A DNA stretch of 64,000 nt from assembly GCA_964575975.1 (NCBI GenBank), contig CAZNTU010000003.1:23811-87810 (forward strand). The letters are read 5' to 3'. A program made the position numbers and the translations under genes. The notes beneath the pieces are model-generated. The model worked only from the letters and a program-made list of their open reading frames with translations, was not told the origin of the DNA and did not search any database. Shown in pieces: positions 1 through 9,222 of the stretch (its first letter is position 1; every line of letters starts with the position of its first letter). The stretch comes from an uncultured Desulfobacteraceae bacterium. Lineage in GTDB: Bacteria; Desulfobacterota; Desulfobacteria; Desulfobacterales; SKZT01.

Positions 1-34
1 TGGAATTTAACCATTAGGTCTACAGGACATTCGC

Positions 35-361
35 ATGATTGAATATTTAATTGTGGAAACACGAAGCCCGCTGATTTCAAATCGGAATTTAACCGGCCTT
101 GAACTTGCCCTGGCTTTGGCGGGAGAAGGCGTCAGGGTAACGTTATGGATCATGCAGGACGCGGTCCAGTTATTACAGCTGAAGTTTTCCGAACAGATAG
201 ACAGATGCGTTGAAGAAGCTCTTGTCACCTGTTATGTCGATGAGTTCAGCTTGGCGCAGAGAGGATGTGTCCTGGATGCGTCATCACCGCTAAAAACCGG
301 TGACATGGCTCTTTTCAGCGAACACTTGATGCGCATGAATTCCCGCGCAATCTGGCACTGA
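35..361 (+). CDS. DsrE/DsrF-like sulfur-relay family protein (108 aa)
   Basis: ATG ORF. Small protein with a 'VTCYVDEFSLAQRG' segment resembling the Cys...RG loop of DsrE/F/TusBCD-type proteins. First of three adjacent related ORFs. Confidence 0.55.
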   Translation: MIEYLIVETRSPLISNRNLTGLELALALAGEGVRVTLWIMQDAVQLLQLKFSEQIDRCVEEALVTCYVDEFSLAQRGCVLDASSPLKTGDMALFSEHLMRMNSRAIWH

Positions 362-374
362 AAAAGGAAACGGT

Positions 375-857
375 ATGGATTCTTCAGTTAAAACGAAAAC
401 ACTAGGCCTCCGGTCTGAAGCTGTCACGAGCAAGGTGTCCGAAACATCCGACCCGGTCGAGGCAAGTTCCCTGTTTTTAGGGTTGATGGGCAGTCCTTTC
501 GATACTGATTGGACGACAACAGTGTTCCGTTTGTTGGATACGCTCTTAAAGCATAGAAAAAACGTCTGTGTATGGTGTTGCGGTTTCAGCACGATGATTA
601 CCCAGACAACCGCGACAAGACCTCCTGATCCCATTCATCCCCATGCCTGGGATAGGGATAAGGTATATTCCATGTCCGAAATGGCGCAGGCCTTGCTGCA
701 CCGGCATCCGGAGCAACTTCGCTGGTGCGTTTGCCGATATTGCATGGAGGAACGCGGTGCGACAGCCCAAATCCCGGAGGTAGAAATTTTGCTGCCTTTC
801 TCCTTTAATTCATACTTGAACCAAGCGGATCAAAGCCTTGTACTGGGGATTAAATAG
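375..857 (+). CDS. DsrE-family-like protein with two Cys-rich loops (160 aa)
   Basis: ATG preceded by AAGGAAA. Motifs 'VCVWCCGFS' and 'WCVCRYCMEERG' resemble the DsrE/TusD active-site loop. Lies 13 nt after the previous ORF. Confidence 0.5.
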   Translation: MDSSVKTKTLGLRSEAVTSKVSETSDPVEASSLFLGLMGSPFDTDWTTTVFRLLDTLLKHRKNVCVWCCGFSTMITQTTATRPPDPIHPHAWDRDKVYSMSEMAQALLHRHPEQLRWCVCRYCMEERGATAQIPEVEILLPFSFNSYLNQADQSLVLGIK

Positions 858-974
858 GGCCAGTGCGAAGGTATGGAAATTACCGTTTTCAGAGCTTGCG
901 GATAACCAAGCTATGATCCGGGCGTCGCAAAAGCCGCGCCAAAAATGGCTTGACACAATGGGAAGTCATCGACC

Positions 975-1370
975 ATGAATCGATCGCCAAGGAAATCGGC
1001 CAGTTCGCTGGCCATCGTGGAGAAAGCATTTCGTGGCGCGTTGGAAGAACAATACGGCAATATTGTCTGGCTGTCCGAATGCATGAGAGCCATGAAGGCA
1101 AGTCACAACCTGTTACTCTGTGGCAATGCCGTCGCCGCCAGCTTTGTCCGGCAACAGCAACAACATATGGTAATCGGGGACTTACATGTAAAGACCCTGA
1201 GCCATTTCAGCAAATCTGTTTCAGATCTCATCTCGCGGGGTGGACGGGTCTGGGTTCTGGAATCGGATCTGGCCCGGTTCAAAAGCCAACACCAGATAGT
1301 TCCTGGTGTAGAAATAGCAACGTCCATGGCACGCCTGTGCATGGAACACGACAAGGTGTGGTTTTGGTAA
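975..1370 (+). CDS. DsrE/DsrF/DsrH-like protein (131 aa)
   Basis: ATG ORF. 'RVWVLESDLARF' and a C-terminal 'KVWFW' are typical of the DsrF/H-TusB/C fold family. The overlapping 950..1384 ORF in another frame has no recognisable features. Confidence 0.45.
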   Translation: MNRSPRKSASSLAIVEKAFRGALEEQYGNIVWLSECMRAMKASHNLLLCGNAVAASFVRQQQQHMVIGDLHVKTLSHFSKSVSDLISRGGRVWVLESDLARFKSQHQIVPGVEIATSMARLCMEHDKVWFW

Positions 1371-1403
1371 TTTTCAACTCTTAATTAAGGAAAGGAACAT
1401 CCG

Positions 1404-1817
1404 ATGTACATTGTCATTTGGTTGATTTGCGCGGCGGTAAACATTGCGATTGCGCTGCTGCACATATATATCGTTTATCAGGGAGCGCCTGCCTACAGAT
1501 CCTTCGGTGCCGGCGAGTGGATGGCGGCAAAAGCAGAACAGGGGTCGAAAATTCCGGGCACGGTTACAATGGCCATTGCCGGTGTGTTTATTCTTTTTGC
1601 TTTTTACAACCTTGCCGGCGCAAAAATCGTTTCCATGCCCTTTTCGCGTTATATTCTCCTCGCTATTTCATCGGTTTTTCTGTTGAGGGGATTGATTGTC
1701 GTGACCTTTCCATTCTGGCCGGTAAAACCCACGGCCTTCAGCAAAATCACTGCGGCAATTTCCCTGATAATCGGATTTTTGCATGCCACGGGTTTTTTAT
1801 TGCTCGTTCCCGAATAA
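1404..1817 (+). CDS. small integral membrane protein (about 4 TM segments)
   Basis: ATG with AAGGAAAGGA RBS. Four long hydrophobic stretches. No family recognised. Confidence 0.6.
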   Translation: MYIVIWLICAAVNIAIALLHIYIVYQGAPAYRSFGAGEWMAAKAEQGSKIPGTVTMAIAGVFILFAFYNLAGAKIVSMPFSRYILLAISSVFLLRGLIVVTFPFWPVKPTAFSKITAAISLIIGFLHATGFLLLVPE

Positions 1818-1863
1818 ATAGGAGATCGCTAAAGCCGCATTCGCCATAAAAGGAGTATTAAAA

Positions 1864-4203
1864 ATGACTTACTTTGAGCAACATATCGGCAAAATCGCCA
1901 TCAAATATCGCTGGTGGATCGTGCTCTCCGGCATCGTATGCGTTTGCCTTGCCGGATTCGGCATGCAGTATCTTTCGTTTTCCAACGATTCACGGGTTTT
2001 CTTCAGTGAGGCGAACCCTCAATTGAAGGCGCTGGAAGCTCTTGAAGACACCTTTACCAAAGACAACAATGTTTTTTTTGCCCTTGCACCCAAAAACGGC
2101 GATGTTTTTACGAACAGGACTCTTGCCGCCGTGGAAGACCTTACCCGGCAGTGCTGGAAAATTCCCTATTCAAGCCGTGTGGATTCAATCACCAACTTCC
2201 AGCACACTTATGCGCTGAACGATGATCTTATCGTTGAAGACCTTGTATCGAATGCAAATGCACTTTCGGTTGAAGAGACCCGACGAATCCGAGATATTGC
2301 ACTTTCCGAAATACTACTGGTCAATCGCCTGGTGTCTTCGTCAGGGCATGTCACTGGCGTCAACGTCAATATTCTCAAGGAAGCGAAAAAAGAGGATGGA
2401 AAAATCGCCACCGTTGTTGTGGATGATGTACGGAAAATAACTCGGCTGTTTAAGGAGGCTCACCCTGATATTGACGTCTATCTGACGGGTACGATCATAT
2501 CGGACAAAGCTTTTGAAGAGGCCAGCAAAAGCGATATGAGCATTCTGATTCCAATCATGTTCGGAATGCTCGTTCTTTTCATGGGCATCGCACTCCGCTC
2601 CGCGAGCGGCACAATCGCCACCATGGTCGTCATTGTCTTTTCCATAGTTTGCGGACTTGGTTTAGCGGGATGGGCGGGCATTGTCATCACAGCCCCATCT
2701 TCCAATACTCCGATGATCATCATGACACTGGCGGTGGCCGATAGTATCCATGTCCTTGTGCGGGTTCTTCATAACATGAAACATGGCATGTCTAAAAACG
2801 AAGCTATCAAGGAATCCATCAAAATTAATTTCCAGCCTGTTTTTCTCACAAGCCTGACAACGTCGATCGGGTTTCTGACAATGAATTTTTCGGATGTCCC
2901 TCCCTTTCATGACCTGGGCAATATCGTTGCCATGGGTATTACGGCGGCATTTTTATTTTCCATAGTATTTTTACCTGCCTTGACGAGCATCCTGCCGATC
3001 AGGGTTAAAAAGACAAGCCGGGAACAAGCTGGAACCTCCTGTGACGGGATTGCCCGGTTCAATATCAAATACCGGCGCTTCCTTTTGCCTGGGTTGCTGG
3101 TATTGTCGCTACTAATCTCTATGGGGATTTTCAATATCGAACTGAATGACAACTTTTTGAAGTATTTCGACCATCGGTACGAATTCAGAAGGGCCACTGA
3201 TTTCATGGAAAAGAACCTTTCCGGGATTCATGTCATTGAATATACGCTTGATAGCGGCCAAATCAACGGTATTCACAATCCGGAATATTTGAATACAGTA
3301 GATAAATTCGCCCAGTGGTATCGAACACAACCCGATGTCGTCCATGTTAACAACATCGCCGATATTATCAAGCGGCTCAATAAGAATATGCACAATGACG
3401 ATTCGTCATTTTACCGTATTCCCCAAAACCAAGAATTGGCCGCTCAATACTTTTTGCTTTATGATATGTCCCTCCCCTTTGGGCTGGACCTGAACAACCA
3501 GATCAATGTCGACAAATCTTCCAGTCGTATGACTGTCACCATGAAAGACGCGTCATCCGCAAAAATCCGGGAAACCGATGAAAGAGCGCGGCAATGGCTG
3601 ACGAACAATGCACCCAAAGAGATGTTTACCTACGGGACAGGCCTTGATGTGATTTTTGCCCATATATCGCAGAGAAACATCAGAACCATGCTGGTGGGAT
3701 CATTTGGCGCCCTGGCCATGATTTCGGCTATCATTATGCTTGCTCTTCGAAATGTCAAACTGGGGATCGTCAGCCTGATACCCAATCTTCTACCGGCATT
3801 GATAGCTTTGGGTGTTTGGGGAATTACGGCATCCCGGGTGGGACTCGCGCTGACAATCATGATGTCGCTCACTCTGGGCATTATTGTGGATGACACTATC
3901 CATTTCATGAGCAAATACCTTCGGGCGCGGCGGGAATACGGCATGCCCGCCCCGGAGGCTGTAAAATACGCGTTCAATACCGTGGGGACAGCTCTTTGGG
4001 CAACCACCCTTATTCTGTCCGCCGGCTTTATAGTATTGTCATTTTCGGGTTTCAAAATGAATTCGGACTTGGGCATAATGACAACGATTACTCTCATTTT
4101 CGCCCTTGGGCTGGATTTCTTTTTATTGCCGGCAGTGCTGATGAAAGCAGAAGGAGAAGCAGATGAAAAACATCTTGTTGTCAAAGGAGAAGCATATGAA
4201 TAA
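1864..4203 (+). CDS. RND/MMPL-superfamily exporter (HpnN-like predicted lipid exporter)
   Basis: 779 aa with AAAGGAG RBS. Two blocks of about 6 TM segments separated by large soluble loops. N-terminus is typical of COG1033-type RND transporters. Confidence 0.85.
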   Translation: MTYFEQHIGKIAIKYRWWIVLSGIVCVCLAGFGMQYLSFSNDSRVFFSEANPQLKALEALEDTFTKDNNVFFALAPKNGDVFTNRTLAAVEDLTRQCWKIPYSSRVDSITNFQHTYALNDDLIVEDLVSNANALSVEETRRIRDIALSEILLVNRLVSSSGHVTGVNVNILKEAKKEDGKIATVVVDDVRKITRLFKEAHPDIDVYLTGTIISDKAFEEASKSDMSILIPIMFGMLVLFMGIALRSASGTIATMVVIVFSIVCGLGLAGWAGIVITAPSSNTPMIIMTLAVADSIHVLVRVLHNMKHGMSKNEAIKESIKINFQPVFLTSLTTSIGFLTMNFSDVPPFHDLGNIVAMGITAAFLFSIVFLPALTSILPIRVKKTSREQAGTSCDGIARFNIKYRRFLLPGLLVLSLLISMGIFNIELNDNFLKYFDHRYEFRRATDFMEKNLSGIHVIEYTLDSGQINGIHNPEYLNTVDKFAQWYRTQPDVVHVNNIADIIKRLNKNMHNDDSSFYRIPQNQELAAQYFLLYDMSLPFGLDLNNQINVDKSSSRMTVTMKDASSAKIRETDERARQWLTNNAPKEMFTYGTGLDVIFAHISQRNIRTMLVGSFGALAMISAIIMLALRNVKLGIVSLIPNLLPALIALGVWGITASRVGLALTIMMSLTLGIIVDDTIHFMSKYLRARREYGMPAPEAVKYAFNTVGTALWATTLILSAGFIVLSFSGFKMNSDLGIMTTITLIFALGLDFFLLPAVLMKAEGEADEKHLVVKGEAYE

Positions 4204-4984
4204 AGCGTTGTCGATTCTAATAGGTATCCTGTTGATGCTACCCCAGCAGTTAAAAGCCGAAAATCCGGAAGAAAAGGGACTTTGGGTTGCGACACAGGCT
4301 GACCTCAGGGATGAAGGCTTCGAGGATTACAAAGCCAACGTAGAAATGATCCTCAAAAACAGGCACGGTCAGGAAAGCCTTCGAGCCATGCGGATCAGTG
4401 CCAAGGAAGTGGAAAACGACGGCGACAAGAGCATTACTGTATTTGACAATCCCGGAGATGTCAAGGGAACCGCTTTGTTGACCTACACCCACAAGGCCGG
4501 CGATGACGACCAGTGGCTTTATCTGCCGGCACTTAAACGAGTGAAACGGATCAGTTCAAGCAATAAGTCAGGATCGTTCATGGGCTCCGAGTTTGCCTAT
4601 GAAGACATAGCAAGCGAGGAAATCGAAAAGTTCACCTACAAGTGGCTACGGGATGAAGCATACAACGGACACGATTGTTACGTTGTTGAACGGTATCCGG
4701 TGGACCGGGAAAACTCGGGATATATCCGGCAAGTAGTATGGTTCGACAAAGAAGAGTTCAGAATTCACAAAATAGAGTATTATGATCGAAAAGACTCTCA
4801 TTTAAAGACCTACACCGCAGACGAATACAGTCAATACATAGACAAGTACTGGCGGCCCGGCAAAATGGAGATGGTCAACCATCAGAATGGCAAATCCACA
4901 TTTCTTATATGGTCGGATTACATGTTCCGGACAGGACTCGAAGACCATGATTTTACCCAAAGCAGCCTGAAAAGGACGAGATGA
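4196..4984 (+). CDS. outer-membrane lipoprotein-sorting (LolA-like) periplasmic protein
   Basis: Internal ATG gives the signal peptide 'MNKALSILIGILLMLPQQLKA'. 'WLYLPALKRVKRISS...GSFMGSEFAYEDI' is characteristic of the LolA-like partners of RND/MMPL exporters. Overlaps the exporter stop by 8 nt. Confidence 0.75.
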   Translation: MNKALSILIGILLMLPQQLKAENPEEKGLWVATQADLRDEGFEDYKANVEMILKNRHGQESLRAMRISAKEVENDGDKSITVFDNPGDVKGTALLTYTHKAGDDDQWLYLPALKRVKRISSSNKSGSFMGSEFAYEDIASEEIEKFTYKWLRDEAYNGHDCYVVERYPVDRENSGYIRQVVWFDKEEFRIHKIEYYDRKDSHLKTYTADEYSQYIDKYWRPGKMEMVNHQNGKSTFLIWSDYMFRTGLEDHDFTQSSLKRTR

Positions 4985-6159
4985 GAGCAAATCTGTATTG
5001 CGTGTTGATATTGCTCGCAATGGCTGTTAACGCCATCGCCCATGAATTTTCCGGCTATATCGAAGGAGAAGTCATATATTTTCCAGGCGAGTCGCTGTAT
5101 GCCGGACAACGTGAAAATACAGCCTCCCTGGCGGCCAAAGCTGAATACTATCACAACCTTACCGATGATCTGTCGTTCGTTTTTACCCCCTTTGCGCGAA
5201 TTGACGCTGCCGACTCCCAAAGAACTCATTTTGATATTCGCGAACTCAATTTTTTGCGGGTGTGGGACAACATTGAGTGCCGCATAGGTATCGGAAAGGT
5301 CTTTTGGGGGGTAACCGAATTTGTCCATCTGGTCGATATTATCAACCAGACCGATGCTGTCGAGAGCATTGACGGCGAAGAAAAACTCGGACAACCCATG
5401 GTGCAGATTTCAGCTCCGACCCAGGCCGGCACATTTACTTTCTTTCTTTTACCCTGGTTCAGGGAACGAAAATACCCTGGTGAAAACGGGCGGCTGAGAA
5501 CCTCGTGGGTTGTGGATACGGAAAATCCCATATATGAAAGCGGGGCAGAGGAGCACCACCTGGATGTAGCGGCCCGTTATAGTCTCTCTGTTGATTGTGT
5601 GGATCTAGGACTCTACCGATTTATTGGAACAGGCCGGGAACCCACTTTGATTCCCAATCCGGAAGATCAAAGCATTACCCCTTTTTATCAGCAGATTTCA
5701 CAGACAGGCATGGATTTGCAGATCACCACAGGTCCTTGGCTTTTAAAATTGGAGGCCATTCACCGGACCGGTCAGGGCGATTCATTTTTCTCGTTTGTCA
5801 GTGGATTTGAATACACCATGCCCATCGACTTTGCTGGATATCGGCCGGACCTGGGAATTCTGGGCGAATTTGCCTACGACAGTCGCGGGGACGATGCCGC
5901 CTCATTTTATGAAAACGATATCATGTTCGGACTGAGGCTGTCTCTGAATGATATGGATAGTTCAAAACTTTTGCTCGGCGTGATCAAGGATATAAAGAAT
6001 TCGTCCGCCCTGTTTACCCTCGAAGCCAGCCGGCGGTTCGGAAAACGCTGGGAGGCTATTCTGGAAGCGAACATATTGTCAAATGTGGACGACGAGGATC
6101 TGTTATTCGACATGCTGGATGACGACCACATCGTTTTTAAAACCAAGTATTATTTCTAA
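4981..6159 (+). CDS. outer-membrane beta-barrel protein
   Basis: Signal peptide, alternating beta-strand pattern and a C-terminal '...KTKYYF' aromatic terminus. ATGA start/stop overlap with the upstream gene. Confidence 0.6.
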   Translation: MRANLYCVLILLAMAVNAIAHEFSGYIEGEVIYFPGESLYAGQRENTASLAAKAEYYHNLTDDLSFVFTPFARIDAADSQRTHFDIRELNFLRVWDNIECRIGIGKVFWGVTEFVHLVDIINQTDAVESIDGEEKLGQPMVQISAPTQAGTFTFFLLPWFRERKYPGENGRLRTSWVVDTENPIYESGAEEHHLDVAARYSLSVDCVDLGLYRFIGTGREPTLIPNPEDQSITPFYQQISQTGMDLQITTGPWLLKLEAIHRTGQGDSFFSFVSGFEYTMPIDFAGYRPDLGILGEFAYDSRGDDAASFYENDIMFGLRLSLNDMDSSKLLLGVIKDIKNSSALFTLEASRRFGKRWEAILEANILSNVDDEDLLFDMLDDDHIVFKTKYYF

Positions 6160-6319
6160 CCTGAATTGGACAAAGGCGAAGACTCGGAACGGAATAAAAC
6201 CGGTCCGAAAAACGGACATCGAAATATCGTCGTTTTCATCACCCCGAGTTCCGCCTCCAGGAGGGAATAAGGTCCGGGATTCAACGACATATGGTTAGTA
6301 TTGGCTACCTTTTCCCTGA

Positions 6320-6359
6320 GGGGACAAGCCGGAAAATCCGGTTTGTCCCCTTTTTTTTT
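6320..6359 (+). terminator. Rho-independent terminator
   Basis: 13-bp stem GGGGACAAGCCGG/CCGGTTTGTCCCC (one G-T pair), AAAAT loop, followed by T9. Confidence 0.85.
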
Positions 6360-6402
6360 ATCAATGCCACTTCTTCCAGATTCACGGCTAATTTGTTAGA
6401 CA

Positions 6403-6753
6403 TTATCCGGATTCGTGTCCGCGCGTCAGCGGGTCTTTGGAACCTTGCCGGCGGCTTCGGTCTTTCGAGCTTCGGCGTATCTTACGGATGTGATGGGCGA
6501 TGTTGGCCAGCGTCAGGCGTATCAGTCCGTAGCGTGCGTTCTCCGAGCACAGCGGGGTTCCGTCATCGACGAGCCGAGCGGAAAATCGTGACCGTTTTGG
6601 ATGGCTGTCAAATTGTAGCGGCGATCTCCGAAGACGAAGGTTTTTCGGACATGATCCCGGCGGAAGGTGGCGGTCGGGATAGTGTAGAGCCTGTCGTGAA
6701 ATCCGAGAGTCCTCGTCAAACAGATCGAAGAACAGAACAACTTGGCACAGCAA
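6403..6753 (-). pseudogene. possible degraded transposase remnant (IS66-like C-terminal segment?)
   Basis: No intact gene in the 613-nt gap. The minus-strand frame reads '...RSPLQ...RSRFSARLVDDGTPLCSENARYGLIR', which loosely parallels the IS66 '...KSPLG...RW.ALTRFLDDGRLEIDNNAAERAIR' segment. Neighbouring frames also carry protein-like stretches interrupted by stops. Confidence 0.25.
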
Positions 6754-6772
6754 AAATTCGCCTGAAAACCCA

Positions 6773-8350
6773 TTATCGAAACAATTGATACTCCACGGCG
6801 TACTTTTTCGCCTTGTAGCTGAATTTCCGGACGGTCGTTTTCAGGAGCCCGGCGGCGTTGGTGATGTTTCCGCGGGTGTTTTTCAAAGCGTCGATGATCA
6901 TCTCCTTCTCGATGTTCGCCACGGCCTCCTCGAGGGACTGGGCCGGCAAAGTGTCCGATTCCGCGCCGGTCTGGAGCGTCGGAGGGAGGTGGTAGCTGTG
7001 GACTACGCCCTCCTCGCACAGCAGCACGGCGCGCTCGATGCAGTTTTCCAGCTCTCTCACGTTTCCGGGCCAGTGGTACGCCATCAGCATGTCGATGGCG
7101 GGCGTGGAGAAGCGGCGGATGTCCTTGTCGTTTTCCCTCGCGTATTTTTCCAGGAAATAGTCCGCCAGCAGCAGGATGTCCGTCTTGCGCTCGCGCAACG
7201 GGGGAAGATAGATGGGGAAAACGTTCAGCCGATAATAGAGGTCTCCCCGGAAAGACTCCTCCTCGACCGCCTCTTCCAGATTCTTGTTGGTGGCGGTGAT
7301 GATCCGGACGTCGGCCTTCAAGGTCTTGTGTCCCCCCACCCTCTCGAACTCCCTTTCCTGCAACACCCGCAGAAGCCTGACCTGCACGTCCAGGCCGATG
7401 GAGCCGATCTCGTCCAGGAACAGCGTTCCCTTGTCCGCCAGTTCGAACTTGCCCAGCTTCTTGTTGATCGCCCCGGTGAAAGAGCCCTTTTCGTGCCCGA
7501 ACAGCTCGCTTTCGATCAGGTTCGTCGGCAGGGCGGCGCAGTTGACCTTCACGAAAGGGCCTTTGGCGCGGAGGCTGTTGTAATGGATCGAATTGGCCAC
7601 CAACTCCTTTCCCGTTCCGCTTTCCCCCCTTATCAGGACTGTGGCGTTGCTTCTCGAAACCTGGGAGATCATCTGGAAAACCTCCCGCATTTTGTTGCTG
7701 TTTCCCACGATGTTGGTGAACCGGTACTTGTTTTCCAGCTCCGTTCTAAGCCGCGCGTTTTCTTTCCGAAGCTGTTCCTTTTCCAGGCGAATGTTTTCCA
7801 GGTTGATGGCGTGGCGGGCGATCATGGTGGCGATTACAGACAGGAGCTTTTCCCCCTCCTGAAGGGGAAAATCCTCCTCGTACGGACGGTCCACGCTCAA
7901 GGCGCCGATGACTTCGTTTCCCTTCTTCACGGGGACGCAGATGAAGGACAACTCTTCGTCCAACTTCGGCTTTCTGGTCGCGGTCCGGTTCAAGAAATGA
8001 GGCTCCTCGCTGATCTTGGGAATCGAGACCGGCTTTCCGGTCTGGATGACCCGTCCCGTGATCCCCTCGCCAAGTTTGTATTTCACCCTTTCCATCGCGC
8101 TTTTGGAGATGCCGTGGGCCACCTCGATGTTGATTTCGTTCCGGACCGGATTCAGGATGGTCACCGTGCCCCGCACCATGTCGAGTCTGCTGGAGAGAAG
8201 ATCCAGCACCTTGTAGAGAGCCTTTTTCAGTTCCAGATGCTCGTTCAGCGTTTCGCTGATTTCGTACAGAAGGGTTACTTCCTCTATTGTTTTCATGAAA
8301 ATCGTCCGCGCTTGCCTTTTGATAGAATGTTGTTCTTTCTTTTTTCCCAA
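6773..8350 (-). CDS. sigma-54-dependent transcriptional activator with N-terminal GAF domain (NifA/NorR-type architecture)
   Basis: GAF-like N-terminus, AAA+ core with 'GESGTGKE' Walker A and '[15 protein letters not shown]' (GAFTGA-type loop), and a C-terminal Fis-type HTH. The ORF begins at a TTG; ATG at 8296 (MKTIEEV...) is an alternative start. Confidence 0.9.
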   Translation of the reverse strand: MGKKKEQHSIKRQARTIFMKTIEEVTLLYEISETLNEHLELKKALYKVLDLLSSRLDMVRGTVTILNPVRNEINIEVAHGISKSAMERVKYKLGEGITGRVIQTGKPVSIPKISEEPHFLNRTATRKPKLDEELSFICVPVKKGNEVIGALSVDRPYEEDFPLQEGEKLLSVIATMIARHAINLENIRLEKEQLRKENARLRTELENKYRFTNIVGNSNKMREVFQMISQVSRSNATVLIRGESGTGKELVANSIHYNSLRAKGPFVKVNCAALPTNLIESELFGHEKGSFTGAINKKLGKFELADKGTLFLDEIGSIGLDVQVRLLRVLQEREFERVGGHKTLKADVRIITATNKNLEEAVEEESFRGDLYYRLNVFPIYLPPLRERKTDILLLADYFLEKYARENDKDIRRFSTPAIDMLMAYHWPGNVRELENCIERAVLLCEEGVVHSYHLPPTLQTGAESDTLPAQSLEEAVANIEKEMIIDALKNTRGNITNAAGLLKTTVRKFSYKAKKYAVEYQLFR

Positions 8351-8441
8351 TGTTCCACAATTGGGTCAAGATACCAAATCCTTGCATAAAATCAACAATT
8401 GTTTGGCAAAGGATTACAATTTCGTATCGTATGGAAAGAGC

Positions 8442-8470
8442 TTGACATCCATAACGCACCGCGTCATATT
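8442..8470 (+). promoter_or_regulatory. sigma-70-like promoter candidate
   Basis: TTGACA - 17 nt - CATATT, about 67 nt upstream of the 8537 ATG. Confidence 0.35.
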
Positions 8471-8536
8471 CGGTCGTCGGACTTTCCGTAAATTTCGCTT
8501 TTAAAAATTTTTCGGCAATTGACAAGGGAGGCGCTC

Positions 8537-9181
8537 ATGCGAATTGTCAAGAAGTACGCAAACCGCAAGCTTTACGACACGGTCGACAAAAGGTACGTGG
8601 TCATGGACACGTTGGCCGACCTGATCAAAAGCGGCGAGGAAGTCTCCGTGATCGACAACCAGACGGGGGAGGACATCACGGCTGCGGTGGTGTCCCAACT
8701 GCTGGCCCGCGAAAAAAGGGAAAACGGCGCCGACGAGGCGTCGGGCGTGTTGATCCAGCTTTTGAGAAAGGGCGGCGGAACATTGAAGGGCTACGCGAAA
8801 AAATACGCGGCCTTGTGGCAGGGAACGTTGCACATGGCGGAGGACGAGATCGACAAGATCGTGAACCGCCTGGTCAAGGAAAAGGAGATATCGGAATCCG
8901 AGGGAAGGAAACTGAAAGACGAGATCGTCGGCTATTCCGAGAACATGAGAAAATGGATCGGCCGGAATATCGACAAGAGAATCGGCGAAGTGCTGGAAAA
9001 GACGAACCTGGCCACCCGGAGCCAAGTGCGAAGGCTCGCCGATATCGTGGAGGAGCTGACGCGGAAAGTGGAAAGGCTGGAGCGTATGCTGTCGAAAACG
9101 CATTCCGAGACCGAGGCGGGAGCGAAGGTCGAGCGGGAACCCGAGCGGACCGAGGAGGAAAAGGCGGAACGTACAACTTGA
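8537..9181 (+). CDS. PhaR-N (PHB/PHA accumulation regulator DNA-binding-type) + phasin-like coiled-coil protein
   Basis: AGGGAGG RBS 6 nt before ATG 8537. 'VKKYANRKLYDT...YV....L..LI' is the PhaR N-terminal signature. C-terminal '...LATRSQVRRLADIVEELTRKVERLE' resembles phasin-type granule proteins. Charged tail. Confidence 0.75.
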   Translation: MRIVKKYANRKLYDTVDKRYVVMDTLADLIKSGEEVSVIDNQTGEDITAAVVSQLLAREKRENGADEASGVLIQLLRKGGGTLKGYAKKYAALWQGTLHMAEDEIDKIVNRLVKEKEISESEGRKLKDEIVGYSENMRKWIGRNIDKRIGEVLEKTNLATRSQVRRLADIVEELTRKVERLERMLSKTHSETEAGAKVEREPERTEEEKAERTT

Positions 9182-9222
9182 GAAACGCGCAACTTGGGAA
9201 AGGACGCGGACGTTAACGGATC

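Noticed and set aside
6785-8389. A 534-aa plus-strand ORF co-extensive with the sigma-54 activator. Similar near-full-length antisense ORFs include 37691..39685 opposite gspD, 8932..10527 opposite the PhaR-like/ArsA genes, 49054..50466 opposite the kinase, 52871..54442 and 54159..55481 opposite the DUF genes, and 40606..41616 opposite gspE.
   Set aside because: The sense-strand genes have clear family motifs. The antisense products are R/G/P/H-rich with no motifs or RBS. Long open antisense frames are expected when the sense genes avoid TTA/CTA/TCA codons, so I treat them as compositional artefacts rather than overlapping genes.
8403-8418. A TGGCAAAGGATTACAA sigma-54-like element between the GAF activator and the PhaR-like gene.
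   Set aside because: The -12 position reads CA instead of the near-invariant GC at the correct spacing. No other GG-N10-GC element exists in 8351-8536, so I do not call a sigma-54 promoter here.
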